The notes beneath the pieces are model-generated. The model was not told where the DNA came from and searched no databases. It worked only from the letters and a program-made list of their open reading frames with translations. Positions 51,876-62,979 of a DNA stretch of 64,000 nucleotides are shown piece by piece. The first letter of the stretch is position 1. Every line of letters begins with the position of its first letter. The stretch lies in contig JAYWIR010000004.1 of assembly GCA_036172245.1 (NCBI GenBank), positions 4,836,001-4,900,000 on the forward strand. The letters run 5' to 3'. The stretch comes from Raillietiella orientalis (Eukaryota). Position numbers and translations under genes: made by a program.

Positions 51876-51966
51876 TAATTCAGATTGAATGATTTATTAT
51901 GCTGTCCCAAAAGTGTATAATGGATACATGTGAACATTCACATAAAAATATTCATTCACATGAATT
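51876..51966 (-). ncRNA. Candidate box C/D snoRNA with an antisense element to the 18S rRNA 3' domain
   Basis: TAAATCATTCAAT sits directly before CTGA and is complementary to GAUUGAAUGAUUUA, a sequence I recall from many invertebrate 18S rRNAs. The termini are AATTCA/TGAATT. The C box is only degenerate (ATGTGAATGA). Confidence 0.45.
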
Positions 51967-54900
51967 CGACACTGATCAAGGGAGTGTTCTGTATAGTAGA
52001 GTGATTCTCGTTTTCTAACGTGTTTCAGAATAGGGCACGGAAAGCTACAAGTGAGAGAAAACAAAAAAAAAAAAACAGGGGAGAAACATCACATATGAAA
52101 TCTACTTCGAATCTACGAAAAATTACACCAATTCCTTCAAAAATTGCCAAAGCCTACCATTCTCACATATTCGCACATATGTACTAATTTTTTTTTTTTT
52201 TTTTATCAGAAGCAAATTTTGACCTGGATTCTGAATTGATATCATGACGTTATGCATTCGAAGATGTGTCACAGAAGTTGGTATTTTGTATTCAGTTCGA
52301 TCGTGATCCCTAGTGGCAAAATCAAGTGCCTAAAAACTGGCAACTGTTCCTTGACTCCCTCCTTGTTTCTTTTGAAGCTGAAGTATTCCGTGATTCATGG
52401 GCATTAGAGTAATTACACTCGGTTACGAAGTTAATATTTTTAAGTTTAATGAAATAATAAATAAATGAATAGTGAAAAAAATATGCTACTTTCCTCTGAA
52501 AGCCCTAATATCTTTGGTTTTGGGAGGAAACGGGGGAGGGAGGGGGGGACCACGGATGGTTTAATAAACCAATAATTTATTAACTACTTTCTATAATGAA
52601 GTAAGTGTGTCAATATCACTGCGATCAATGTGGTGGAAAATCTCAAGCAAAATGATGAGAAACCAAATTCAAAAAATGACGATTATCACTCTATAAAAAA
52701 CATTGCAGCTTGATTAAGGGTTCCTAAAATACACGTTCGCATGATTTGCTTTCAAAGCTTACAAACTCTCTTTTGCCCCTTGTGCCACGAGAAAAATTCA
52801 CGAGAAAAAGAAGTTGGGAAAGAAGCATGGCCGATCGCATGAATCAACGAAATAAAGTCGTGTGTTTGTCAAACTCATCCCTCGATTTCAAATAACAAAT
52901 TGCTTCCAACTGCAAACCAGAGTTTTCGTGTCCATTTTCTTTCGTTCATTCGGCGAACCAAAACATTGGAGGGTTTGAATACAGAACTCCTGAAGAATTG
53001 GAAATCAAACGATGTCACATTGCTGCAGAACAGTGGATCGTTCATCTGTTGTTTTCCTTATGTCATGGATCATGATGGCGCATTACAGTTGTGTGATCTC
53101 TCACATAAAGACATTGCGATCTGTAGTTCAGCTCCACAATGCTCTCAAAGGCCATGTAAAAAACTCAGTATCGGTTGGTTCACTTGAATGGCATTCGGCA
53201 AACGAAGTCTTATCGAGTTGCAATGTCCATCCACAATTTGGAATTCATCTTCTTCCTTCCCACATGATCGAGAAATGAATCGATGGTTTCTCGGCAACTC
53301 TTCATGATGCACTTGAATCTCCTTATGTTGCGAGGGGGCGGAGAAGTGATATGATCTCTTGAGCGACCATAGGGTTGCGTCATCATAAGAGCTGCATTCT
53401 GCTTTGCGTGCTGATGAGAAGTGAGGTCAGGATTGTCCAGGTATTGATCCATGCCTACAGGACTGAAAGTTCGAGAGGATATTTGAAGTGAATCTCGATG
53501 TCGAGTAATATAAACACAGGTTTCTGTTTAGAAGAGCAGAAGAAGGGTGGGAGCAAATGCGTAGCGCATTGATATGTCTCGCAGAGTTACAGGGAAGCAT
53601 GCATAATTAATTAGGAATGGTTATGAAAGCAAAAAAAAAGTAGTGTGGACTCAGTCTCCTGGATGTCATGAATGTACTTTTTTTTTTTTTTCTTTTCCTT
53701 TTTTTGTGGGTGTCACGGTAGGAGCTGTTCCCGAGTCTCTAGAATTGTTGGAACTTCATAGTTTTTCAATTATTCATATCGAGCCTTCCGTAACGACACT
53801 GTGCAAAGATAAGGTATGGCCTCAGGCATTATTGTTGTTTTTCGACGATCACGACTTTGAAGATCCATCTGTCATCCGGAATGAAGGTGAACTGGAACAC
53901 TTTGCTATTTCAAAATCCTGGTTTTTTCCACGCATGCTTCTCGAGAAAGGCGTTCGCTTTTATTAGATGCTCCTCATCTAAGGCGATGCACTGGCTACAC
54001 ACCGTTCATTAAGCCATTTCTCTCCCCGCTATTCTTTCTATGAGTGCGCACCATGGATGCCTTCCTTTCTGCACATCGGGAGCAGCCCCAGAGACGTGTT
54101 TGTACGCGTCTCTTGGTGCGTGAAGGGCTGCCTCCAGCTGCGTGCTTAGCAACTGCTGGCGGCATGCGGGGGAATGGTGGCGGCTGGGACGGCCGCGAGA
54201 AGAGGTCAGCCTGACAGAGGTGCCATCCACCCACTGGGACGAAACTCTCTTTCTGGGGATCGCCGCGAGATGGCTTCATCTAGGAAATGAAAAGCACCAA
54301 CTCGCCAGCATCCTCCGGGCGAGTGGCGAGTCGAGGAGAACTTTCGAAACTGGCAGGACCAAGAGTCCTGCAAAAGCAGTGTGTTTGTCTTCAAAGTAAA
54401 CGTCCCGGCGTACCCGGATTAAAAACCTTTCTGCGCATCAGCACTATGTGGAAGCGTAGGCGTGCTGCCGAAATCATCATCGGGAACTGCATTTCGGCTG
54501 ACGGCTTGCAAACGTCGGCAGGCTGCCATTAGAAGAACGTTCTTCTTTTTTTTTTTGCGTAATGTCTCATTTCGATGGAAAAAGATTCGTCTATTTGCTT
54601 AGTAGAGTTGTATTTGGATGCCACCTTGAATCTGGAACCAGCTTTAGACGGAAAAGCCCTCGGCATCGAAAAAAGTCAAACAGTGCGCGAAGCGGACAGA
54701 CTGCATCTTGAGTGTCTCAGTTCGAGACAAAAAAAAGAAAGAAACACGATTCCTGAGATTACGTTTCACCCTCTGAAGGCCTCCTTCTCAGCAAAAAGGT
54801 CCCTACCGTTCGGTGTTCTCAATCGACGAAACCGCTTCTTAGTGTTTTCACTATGCAGATGTCCCACAAGATTTGTATCCTACCTGAGATGCGCTACTAG

Positions 54901-56978
54901 GTTTCCCTTCTTTTTGACGTCGCTGATTCCCTGCAGTTTGAAATTTTCACTCCCAGGGAGACTCCCGGTTGCGTCCATTTTAATTTTTGTTTTCTGAAAT
55001 GCCTGCGAAGGCTGGTGATGGCTGTGGTCAGGCCTCCAATTTCTCAAAGGCGCCGTGTGAGCGGGGTCCGTTTCTGCAAGGATGCTTCGACGCAATCTGC
55101 AAAGTTCGTCACTCGAGGTTCTTTCACGTGGATGGCAACTCGGAATTTCAGGCCTCCATGTTGGGCAAAAGAGAAAAGGAAAAATAATCCCCGGCAGAGC
55201 AAAGTTCAGCGCTGTTCCAGTTTTGCGGCACAACGAACCTTTAAAGCTGCTCGTCCCAGTAAGTTTCCGGCATATCATTTCCGCAAATACGGTCGGAATC
55301 CATTTGTGACCAAGAGTGTCCGCTTACTCAAAGTGAGCGTAAATGATGTTTCGGAGTTGATTGAAAATGCTGCGTGCCACTGCGATAATCATGCAGCGTC
55401 AGTCGTCACCCATGCGGTGCATGTCCGTCATGCTATTACGTCCCACCACCGAACTCGTGCATTTGATTGGCTCCTGAGCCTACCACCGCGGCACCTGGAA
55501 ACCGACGGCTTCCCGGAAGACTCTTGGATGCAGCTGGAAACCCACCCAGACGAGTCGTACAAACGGAAAGCGTCCTTTGGACGTTATTCCTCCCCTCCCC
55601 TCTGTTTCCCTCCCCTACTAGAAAAGCAGACCAAACCCACTGCTTCGACGAAGGCCGATCGCTACGCCTTCCAACTTGGTCTCCGCCTTGAGCTTTTACT
55701 CCGGCGTCCGACCGTCGCTCTCATCCGGAGAACGCCGGAAGAGTGACGAAAACGAAACCAACGGCATCGGAGAACACTCTGGTGCTGCAAGAAGCCGCAG
55801 GACAAATAACCCGCGAATCTGCTTCGGGAGCTCCGCATGCCACGCACGAATCGTCAACTGCTCTCTATAGTAGCTCGCGTCTTCTTCCTCCTCCTCTTCT
55901 TCTAAGTGTGCGTGTTTTTCCTTTTGCTTCAGTTAGGCGATTGACGCCAACGATCCGAGAGGCGGTCGATGGAGGCTGCTTCCCAAGGAACCAGTTGGAT
56001 TCCAACGTTCCACGCAACCAACCTTTTTTGCAAGTGCTCTTTGCCTCTCCTCCCAGTACAGCCTCCCAGTGAAACCACGCCAGCGCCTCGCTACGGTTTC
56101 CAGGGAAAAAATGGCAAACGAGTTACTGATGGTGCGACCTTTGCCAAGCACACTATCTCAGAGCAATCGTCGAGGAAGCATGGACCGGCAGCTCTCCTCT
56201 CACTTGTGGACCCGGGGTTCGGTGTCCCTTCTACGCCGAAAGAGGTGGGCATCTGCGTGCCTACCCCCGACCCCTTCCCCTGCATGGCCTGGCTTCTGCT
56301 TCTCCGCGATAACGCTCGCCTGTTCCTAACTCGGAAGCCGCGTACCATCCGAGACTCCGAAAGCGCGTCCTCTGGCAAAAATCGGGAAAGACGCCGTCTT
56401 TCCGTTCGGCTGGGAGGAAGGCAGAGAAAAATTTCGGTTATCAATATCGATGTGTTTACCGTTTTAACGGTTTCACCCGTCCGCCATCTGATAAACTAGA
56501 CGTCCATGGCAACGGAGAATCTACCTGCACGTTCGGGATCAGCTTCAAGATAAAGCAGATACACTTTCCGTACACACAAAGGCCTTCCCATGCATGCTCG
56601 ATGCTCTGCGGTCTGTTCCACTTTCGAATCCGCCCAGCGCTTCGGGCGGAATCCGACAGCCAAATAAAGCGCTGGGGACAACTCGTACCAGCTGGAAAAA
56701 GTTTCCTGCAGTTTTGTTTCCCTTTGATCGTGTGACCTGCTTGCATTCTCAATGACGTTGCTCTCTATCAACGCATTAATGATCGGCACGAATGAAATTG
56801 TCTTCTGCGATCTCTAGCATGGACACAGTTTCTCTTTTCGTTTCAACAGCGCTGGCAACCAAACGTGAAGCGTAAAAGTACGGAGGGACCCCGTGAGCAG
56901 GGAAAGAAGAAAAAAAAAAAAAGTGTGGGCATTTGTCTCGCCGACCAGTGTGCCGTCCGACCGCTGCTTGTAGACAAC

Positions 56979-59616
56979 ATGACCGACCTGGAGAAGAAGG
57001 ACTCGGTCGCCGTCCTAAACGTGCAGGATTTGCCGATGGCCCAAACGTACGCTTACTCCACCGAGTGTCCTCCTCCTGTGAGTATCCCTTGGGAAAGGGA
57101 GGGGGAAAGAATGGGTGGTGCTGTGGCCGGCAACGTGCATTTTTCGGGGGAGGGGATCGGAAACCGAGGTTCCGTCCCTCGATTTCGGAAACCAGCGCAA
57201 TCTCGGAGCGCTTCTCTTTAGCTTTTGCTTTTTTGTTTATCCCCCCTCCCTTTTTTTTTTTTTCCTCCCTTGAAGCCTGTTTTTTGTTTCCGTAAGCCTG
57301 GAAAAGGGTGCGTGTTCCCGGTTTCGGAAAGCCGCTGATGTCCGTCCGCTGGGGTGAACGGGTTTGCTAACTGATAGACAGAGGTTCCGACGGATTGGGG
57401 ATCCGCTGGCGTCAACATGGGGGAGCGCTGGAATGAAAAGGTGCCACCACACGGCGAGGCCCAAACGAAAGGAGAAACGAGAAAAAGAAAACAAGCTGGG
57501 GATTGGGGTCCCGACAGCGCGGTAAGGGGCAGAACCCAATTCCGTAGGGGGTCCACTGCCAAAGCAAATGCAGCACCACCTCCGAGGCTGCACCCCCCGT
57601 GTTTGCTTTCGCTCCAACACTGTCGTTACGACACTCCTCTTTGTTCCGCGAAAATGTTCTTCGCTCCAACCCATTGCGAAATGGCGGCGACGGTCTGTTG
57701 TTAGCTCTTGCTCGGGCTCAGAGAGGGAACCCGTGCGCGAGCGGCTCTGGACGTGGTGGCGCACTTCCCCGATAGATGGCGGCGGCGCGCGTTGCCCCCT
57801 CGCAGAGAAACAATCCCCCCCCCCCCTTCCTCCTTCCCCCTCCATTTCGGTGCGCTCGAAATGCTTCGCGGGGCTGCTCTGTGCACATCCAGCGACTCCC
57901 CGTCGAGAGAAGGGGTCGCAGATTCGACAATCCCTTCGTCTGAAGGGTGGCGAACGAATCCTCCCGAATCGCTTCGAGTGTCGGAGGCGGCGGCGGCACC
58001 GAAAGCTATCAGCGCTCCCCCTCCCTGTGGCGGCGGAACGTTCGCTCCGTTCGTGGCCTTCCGAGATGCCCCCCCCTTCGTCCTGAGGCATCGCTAAAGA
58101 TCCGCGGAGCGCACCTGAACCGCGCGCCATCTCGTGAGACCCCGAGGAACCCTTCGAGCCCCAGGCCTGCCAAAACAAAGGTAGAGTGCGAGGAGAAATC
58201 CTGATGGTTTCCCGGTGGAGCCCGCCCCTTCCTTGTTTGGACCGCCTGCATGCCGCGGGCCAGACCAGAGTCGCGCCAGACCTTTTTCCTTGAGGTTTGC
58301 ATGCACGCTGGTCGGGTGACCCTTCCCTTCCTGTGCGGCCGCAAGCCTGCTGATGCGCGCACGGCGCCGGCGGGAAGAACAGATGCTGCGGACCTCGGGG
58401 ATCGGGCCTGAATCCCTTCCCGGGCAGGGTTTCTCTCGGGAAGAGCCGGTCGAGCGAGCGCGGAGCGACGGCGCTCGCACGGGACAAAGGAGCTGCTCGC
58501 TCCCTTCCGCTTGTTCGCGACCCCTTTTCCTCCCTATGCTCGCATCCGGGAGCCAAGGGGATGACGGGAGGATGACTGGACGGCTCTGCATCGCTTCTTT
58601 CTGTCGGGGAGCGCGAAAATGAGGGTGCTGCACACCACCGGGCGGTCCTCCCCCCCCTCTCGTCCTTCCTCTCCGTGCGCTGCGGAAAGGCTCTGCGTGC
58701 AAAGGTGCACGGGAAGGTACAGGATGCACATACCCAGGGAGTGAGCCTCCGAGAAGTGCGGGGGGGAGGGGAGCTGTTCCTCCAAAAGTCTGCAGCGCGG
58801 AAGGAAATGTGGCGCGCCGGAAGCCAGGCGTGCAGCTCCGTTTCCAACAGGAAATGGCGATCTGCAGCAGAGACGCAGACGGGCGTCGAGGAGAGTGGAG
58901 GGGGGGGGGAGGTGCGAATGAGAGCTGCGGGAAGCGGTCACCGGCCAGCGCCTTTCCCGTCGGCGGGAAAGCGCCGGGCTGTTCCCCAAGGAACTTTTTC
59001 CTGTTCGGAAAAATAGAGAGAGAGAAAGGAAAAGAGGGGAGGGTGGGGAGGACGCGGAATCGTGTTTAAGCGCGCCGGGAGGAAGAGGAGGAGGACGGGG
59101 GGGGGGTAGACGTTGGCGCGCGCGCTTTCGCCGGCTTTGCTGCTCAGCGACGGGATGGTCGGGCGGGGAGGACGCGGAATTCCGGAAAGCGGCCGCGGCG
59201 GCGCATCTCGCCCGCTGCTTCGCGGCCGCCCCAAGCTGCCGACGTCCGGCCGCACACGCAGTCCCGCGCGCTTTCTCCAGATCCTCCCGGAGTTTCGTCC
59301 GTCCCGGGTGCCTCCGCTCGCTGCGGGCATCCGTCTGCCTGTTGCCCCCCCCCCCCGGAGGGGGGGAGGCAGGTGAGAATCGTGGCGGCGAGCGGGGAAG
59401 TTCCGGGACACAGTGGCACGTAGGAGGGCCCATCGCGTGGCGCCGCCGCCGCCCGAACGGCACGCCGCAGAAGGAAATCCTCTCGACCGAGTTGAGCGGG
59501 GGTGGGGGAGGAATCGCGTCATGAACCAGCGGGCGGCACCGAAAAAGTTGGTCGTCGGGAAAAAAGAAAAAAAAGATACACGCGAGGACCGACCGACCAT
59601 GAGCGTACGCCCCGGG

Positions 59617-59651
<35 letters not shown>

Positions 59652-61310
59652 TTTGGGAGGCTGCCGCTGCGGACCTTCCTTTCTAGTGCAGCGTTCCTCT
59701 TGCTTGAACTCCTACTCTCCGGAAAGTGGGGGAGGGAGAGAGAGAGAAGGGGGGGGGGGGAAGAAAAGAAAGCGCCCAGCGCGCGAAAGGCGGCGGCCGA
59801 GAGCTGGAAGAGTGGCGAGTCGGAAGATCCGTCCAGCCGCAGGGCATCACCGGAAAAAAAAGGTGACGACGTGCGGAAGTCCCGGGCGGCTGCCGATCCT
59901 TGCCGGGCGGGCGAGTGCACACCCTTTGGCGACGGAGCGGGCGGCGGTGCTTCAAGGAGGAGGAGGAGGAGTAGCGAGTCGTTCGTGACCGACCGACACG
60001 ATTCCGTTGTGTCTCCCCCCCCCCCCCCCCGTTCTGGCAGAAGCTCGGGAGCGCGCGAGGGGGGGGGGGGACGGTGGCTTCCAATTCGCCCGGACTGGAA
60101 AGGTCGCGCGCGGGGCGGACTGCTTGCCGCCACCGCTCGCCTCGGGCGCAGCAGCAGCGTTGACCTCGTCGCTTGCGTTCCAGGCGTACACGAAGCCCAA
60201 GTCGGTCACCGTGAAGGTGGCCAAGATCGTGGCCACCTCGTGCCTGCTCGCCTGCTTCATCCTCGGCTTCTGCATCGTCGCCTCCAGCTACGTGCAGACT
60301 CTGGCCAGATGCGACTGCTCTAAAAAGTCCGGAGACCCGAGCGAGGTCCCGCGGGCTCCTCCCATCAGAGAGGTTCGACCCTTTTGACCTCTCCGGGGCG
60401 GGCGGGGGGAGAGGGTCCCCCGGGGCGCGAGCGACCACTTTCACGGCGCCGCGCGCGTATGTTAGGCGTTGGTCCAAGAAGCCCCTGCGGAGCTGGTGGC
60501 GTCTCCTCTTCCTCCTCCTCCTGCTTCCTTCGTGGGCGCCCCGAAGAAGGCCAAGAAGCTCAAGCGCAAGCCCACAACGACGACCACGACGACCACGGAG
60601 AGTACTCGCCAGGATGAGATCCCGATAGTCGACGGGACGATCCCGGAAGACAACGGCTTCCTCTTCCCCATCATCGAGCCCATACTGAACGACAACGTCC
60701 TAGTGCCTCTTTCCTTCAGCTGGGACGACATGGCGCGGGTACGGCTCTCCCCTCCCCCTTTCCCTATGGGGCGGGTGAATACGGCACTCCACTTCCAGAA
60801 GCTTCTCGAGGAGACGAACCTGGCCAGGATGAACTGCGTCATGGAGCGGCACGTCTCCCGGGGAGGTCCCCTCTCCCTGCCCCCGATATTCCAGAGCGCT
60901 AACTTTAGCGACCTCCGCATCCACGGGGAGCAGATGGTCATGAACTGTGATAGCCACCGCGCGCTGCCGCTGCCGTCACCGGACGACCCGGAAGACAGGG
61001 CAGAGCCGGTGTTCTCGATGCGCTCGACCGACCCCATCCCGATCCCCCTGCCCTTGGGGTTGATTCCGCCCAGGGAGGCTCCGGAAACCATGGACCCTTC
61101 CTCCTTCCTGGTCCCCCCGGACCCGGATTCTTCCCGCACGCCCTACGTGAGGGAGTCGCGAAGCTTCCTGCCCCAGCACGGTAAGCCAACGGCGCCCCCC
61201 CGCCCCGTCCTCCTCCCAGCTGATCCGGGAAATTTCCAGTCATCTTGCCGCGGTCCGCCGACGCGAGCCGAAGCCGGCGCGAGAAGCGGTGCGCCTGCGC
61301 CTGCGACTAG
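56979..61310 (+). CDS. Type II single-pass membrane protein (about 357 aa), uncharacterised invertebrate family. Exons 56979-57077, 60184-60372, 60466-61180, 61240-61310.
   Basis: Splicing gives MTDLEKKDSVAV...ECPPP|AYTKPKSVTVKVAK, then a transmembrane segment IVATSCLLACFILGFCIVASSYV, then RMNCVMER, ending ...RSRREKRCACACD*. All joins are GT-AG and in phase. AATAAA occurs at 61387 and 61392. Confidence 0.8.
59620..59649 (+). repeat. (AG)n microsatellite in intron 1 of the membrane-protein gene
   Basis: About 15 contiguous AG units are visible. Confidence 0.95.
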
Positions 61311-61386
61311 GACGCGCCCGTTCCCCCCGGGAAGCGGAGGAATAGTCTCCTCGACGATAATAAAGGAAAAAGAAGAAGAAGAAGAA

Positions 61387-61409
61387 AATAAAATAAAATG
61401 TCATTTATT
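61387..61409. promoter_or_regulatory. Back-to-back polyadenylation signals of two convergent genes
   Basis: Plus-strand AATAAA at 61387 and 61392. Minus-strand AATAAA at 61409-61404 overlaps the TTLL9 TAA stop. Confidence 0.6.
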
Positions 61410-62979
61410 GGTCCTTGTACTGCGCCAGCTTTTCCTCCAGGCTGCTCAGCTGGCTCCGCCTGTCGTTCAGGCACCCTGCAGCCACCGGGGGGAACGGTCA
61501 GCGCGCGTCGAATAAGGGACGAAGGGGGAGGAGGCCCTCTTTCTCCTCCTCCTCTCTCACCTAGGTAGCAGTTTCGCCGCGTGTTCCTGACAGGCTTGCC
61601 GCAACCCGGAAAGCTCTTGTCCATGGATACGCAGCCGCCGCTCCATATCAGATCGAACCCGCCCACGCGGGTCTCCATCCCACTGAGGCTTGGATACGGG
61701 AAGTCTCCCGGACGCGCCGCTGCGAGGGCGCAATTACCGTTTCTCCATGTCCACGACGTCTAGCAGGTCTTGCAGCATCCTCAGCTTCAGCTCGTAGTCC
61801 GAAGCGCCAGTGGCTGTCAGACAGGGGCCCGCGTTCACCTCGAGGAGCCACCTGGAAGGCACGAAAAAAAAAAGAAAAAAAAGCACAGGGGGAGGCGGGG
61901 AGGGGAGGGCGCAGGCACTCACGGTTTCAGGTGAGCATCGATCAAGATGTCGTAACCGTACAGTTCGAAGCAGTGCTTGTCACTGATGATTGCCTTCTGG
62001 ACGCTGTGCAGGCTGTTGACAATGATGTCGGCGATCCTCTCCATCACGTCGTGCACCACCTCGTAACCGTGGCGGGCGGTCAGGAACTGGCGCAGCTGGC
62101 GGAGGCTCCACTTGCAGCCTGCAAGCCCAGAGGAAAAGGCACCCAGGTAACGCGCGACCCGCGGTCGAGATCAGAAGCAGCAGCGCTACAGGAAGAAGCA
62201 GCAGCAGAGGAGGTCCAGAGCACTTCGCATGCCGATCTCCCGGGAGCGCGGTAAAGGGGAGAGGGGGGGAGGAGTAGGTGCGTGCGCTGTAGTCGTGGAT
62301 TCTTCGCCCGCAGGGGCGCCTCCTCTTCTCCGTTCCTCCTCCTCCTCCTCCCTTCCTGCTCGCTTTCGAGGGAGGGGCCCTCACTCGATCCCTTCCCCTC
62401 CCTTAGCGACCGATGCCGGAGTGCCGGAGGCAGCACCTCCTGGAGGAACGCCTCGCGAGGTCGGTGGCTTCGAGGAGGTGAGCTGCGTTCCTTATCGTCT
62501 GTTGTGGTCGGCAGAGGGACCGAGACACGATTTGCCCACTCCAGCCCTCTAGGGCCGGGGAGGGAAGGTATCGGCAGCAGGAACTATCGTTGCCAGGAGA
62601 CAGGTTCGCCTTGCCAAGGGTCACTACCAGTGCGGGAAGGAATCGCACGCGAGGACAGAGGAGTCGGCGCCGACGAGGACTCTCCTTCCAGAGGGGTGAC
62701 GATGAAGGGGAAGAAGGGAGGAGAAGGGGGAGGGAGGAAGAGGAAAGGATGGGAAGAGGAAGAATCGAAGTGGAGGAGAAGGGAGGAAGAAGAGGCTCGT
62801 GCGCCGACCACCGTGGCGCGCGGGTACTTAACTTTCTCCGGATCGTAAGAGTCGGAATTCTTCTGGATCGCCACGTTCGTCAGGTGGGTGAACACGTCCT
62901 TTATCGACGAGATGGAGTACTTCTTCTGAGAAAAGCGAGCGAAGCCCTCTCTGTACACCCAGGCCTTAAGAGGGCTGAA
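61405..62979 (-). CDS. TTLL9: Tubulin polyglutamylase TTLL9, 3' part; upstream exons were not found in the window. Exons 62979-62833, ~62118-61923, 61851-61738, 61688-61561, 61475-61405.
   Basis: Exons translate to [15 protein letters not shown]...[26 protein letters not shown]...[63 protein letters not shown]; and LGCLNDR. The C-terminal motifs are those of TTLL9. Confidence 0.9.

Larger units (their letters stand above)
47950..51970 (-). ncRNA. Putative non-coding snoRNA host gene (UHG/GAS5-like). Visible exons 51668-51571, 51338-51304, 51132-51085 and a terminal exon from 48075; internal exons and 5' end unresolved.
   Basis: Short exons have strong splice sites. Exon 51668-51571 has stops in all three frames. 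Consecutive introns each hold a box C/D RNA about 60 nt upstream of the 3' splice site. A minus-strand AATAAA lies at 47975-47970. Confidence 0.65.

Noticed and set aside
57237..60133. 536-aa, 309-aa and other ORFs
   Set aside because: They lie in the GC-rich intron 1 of the membrane-protein gene, are low-complexity and have no domain signal.
61181..61515. Unspliced 3' extension of ORF 60469-61515
   Set aside because: It runs through a strong GTAAG donor and both poly(A) signals into the TTLL9 last exon. The spliced ending at 61310 is more plausible.
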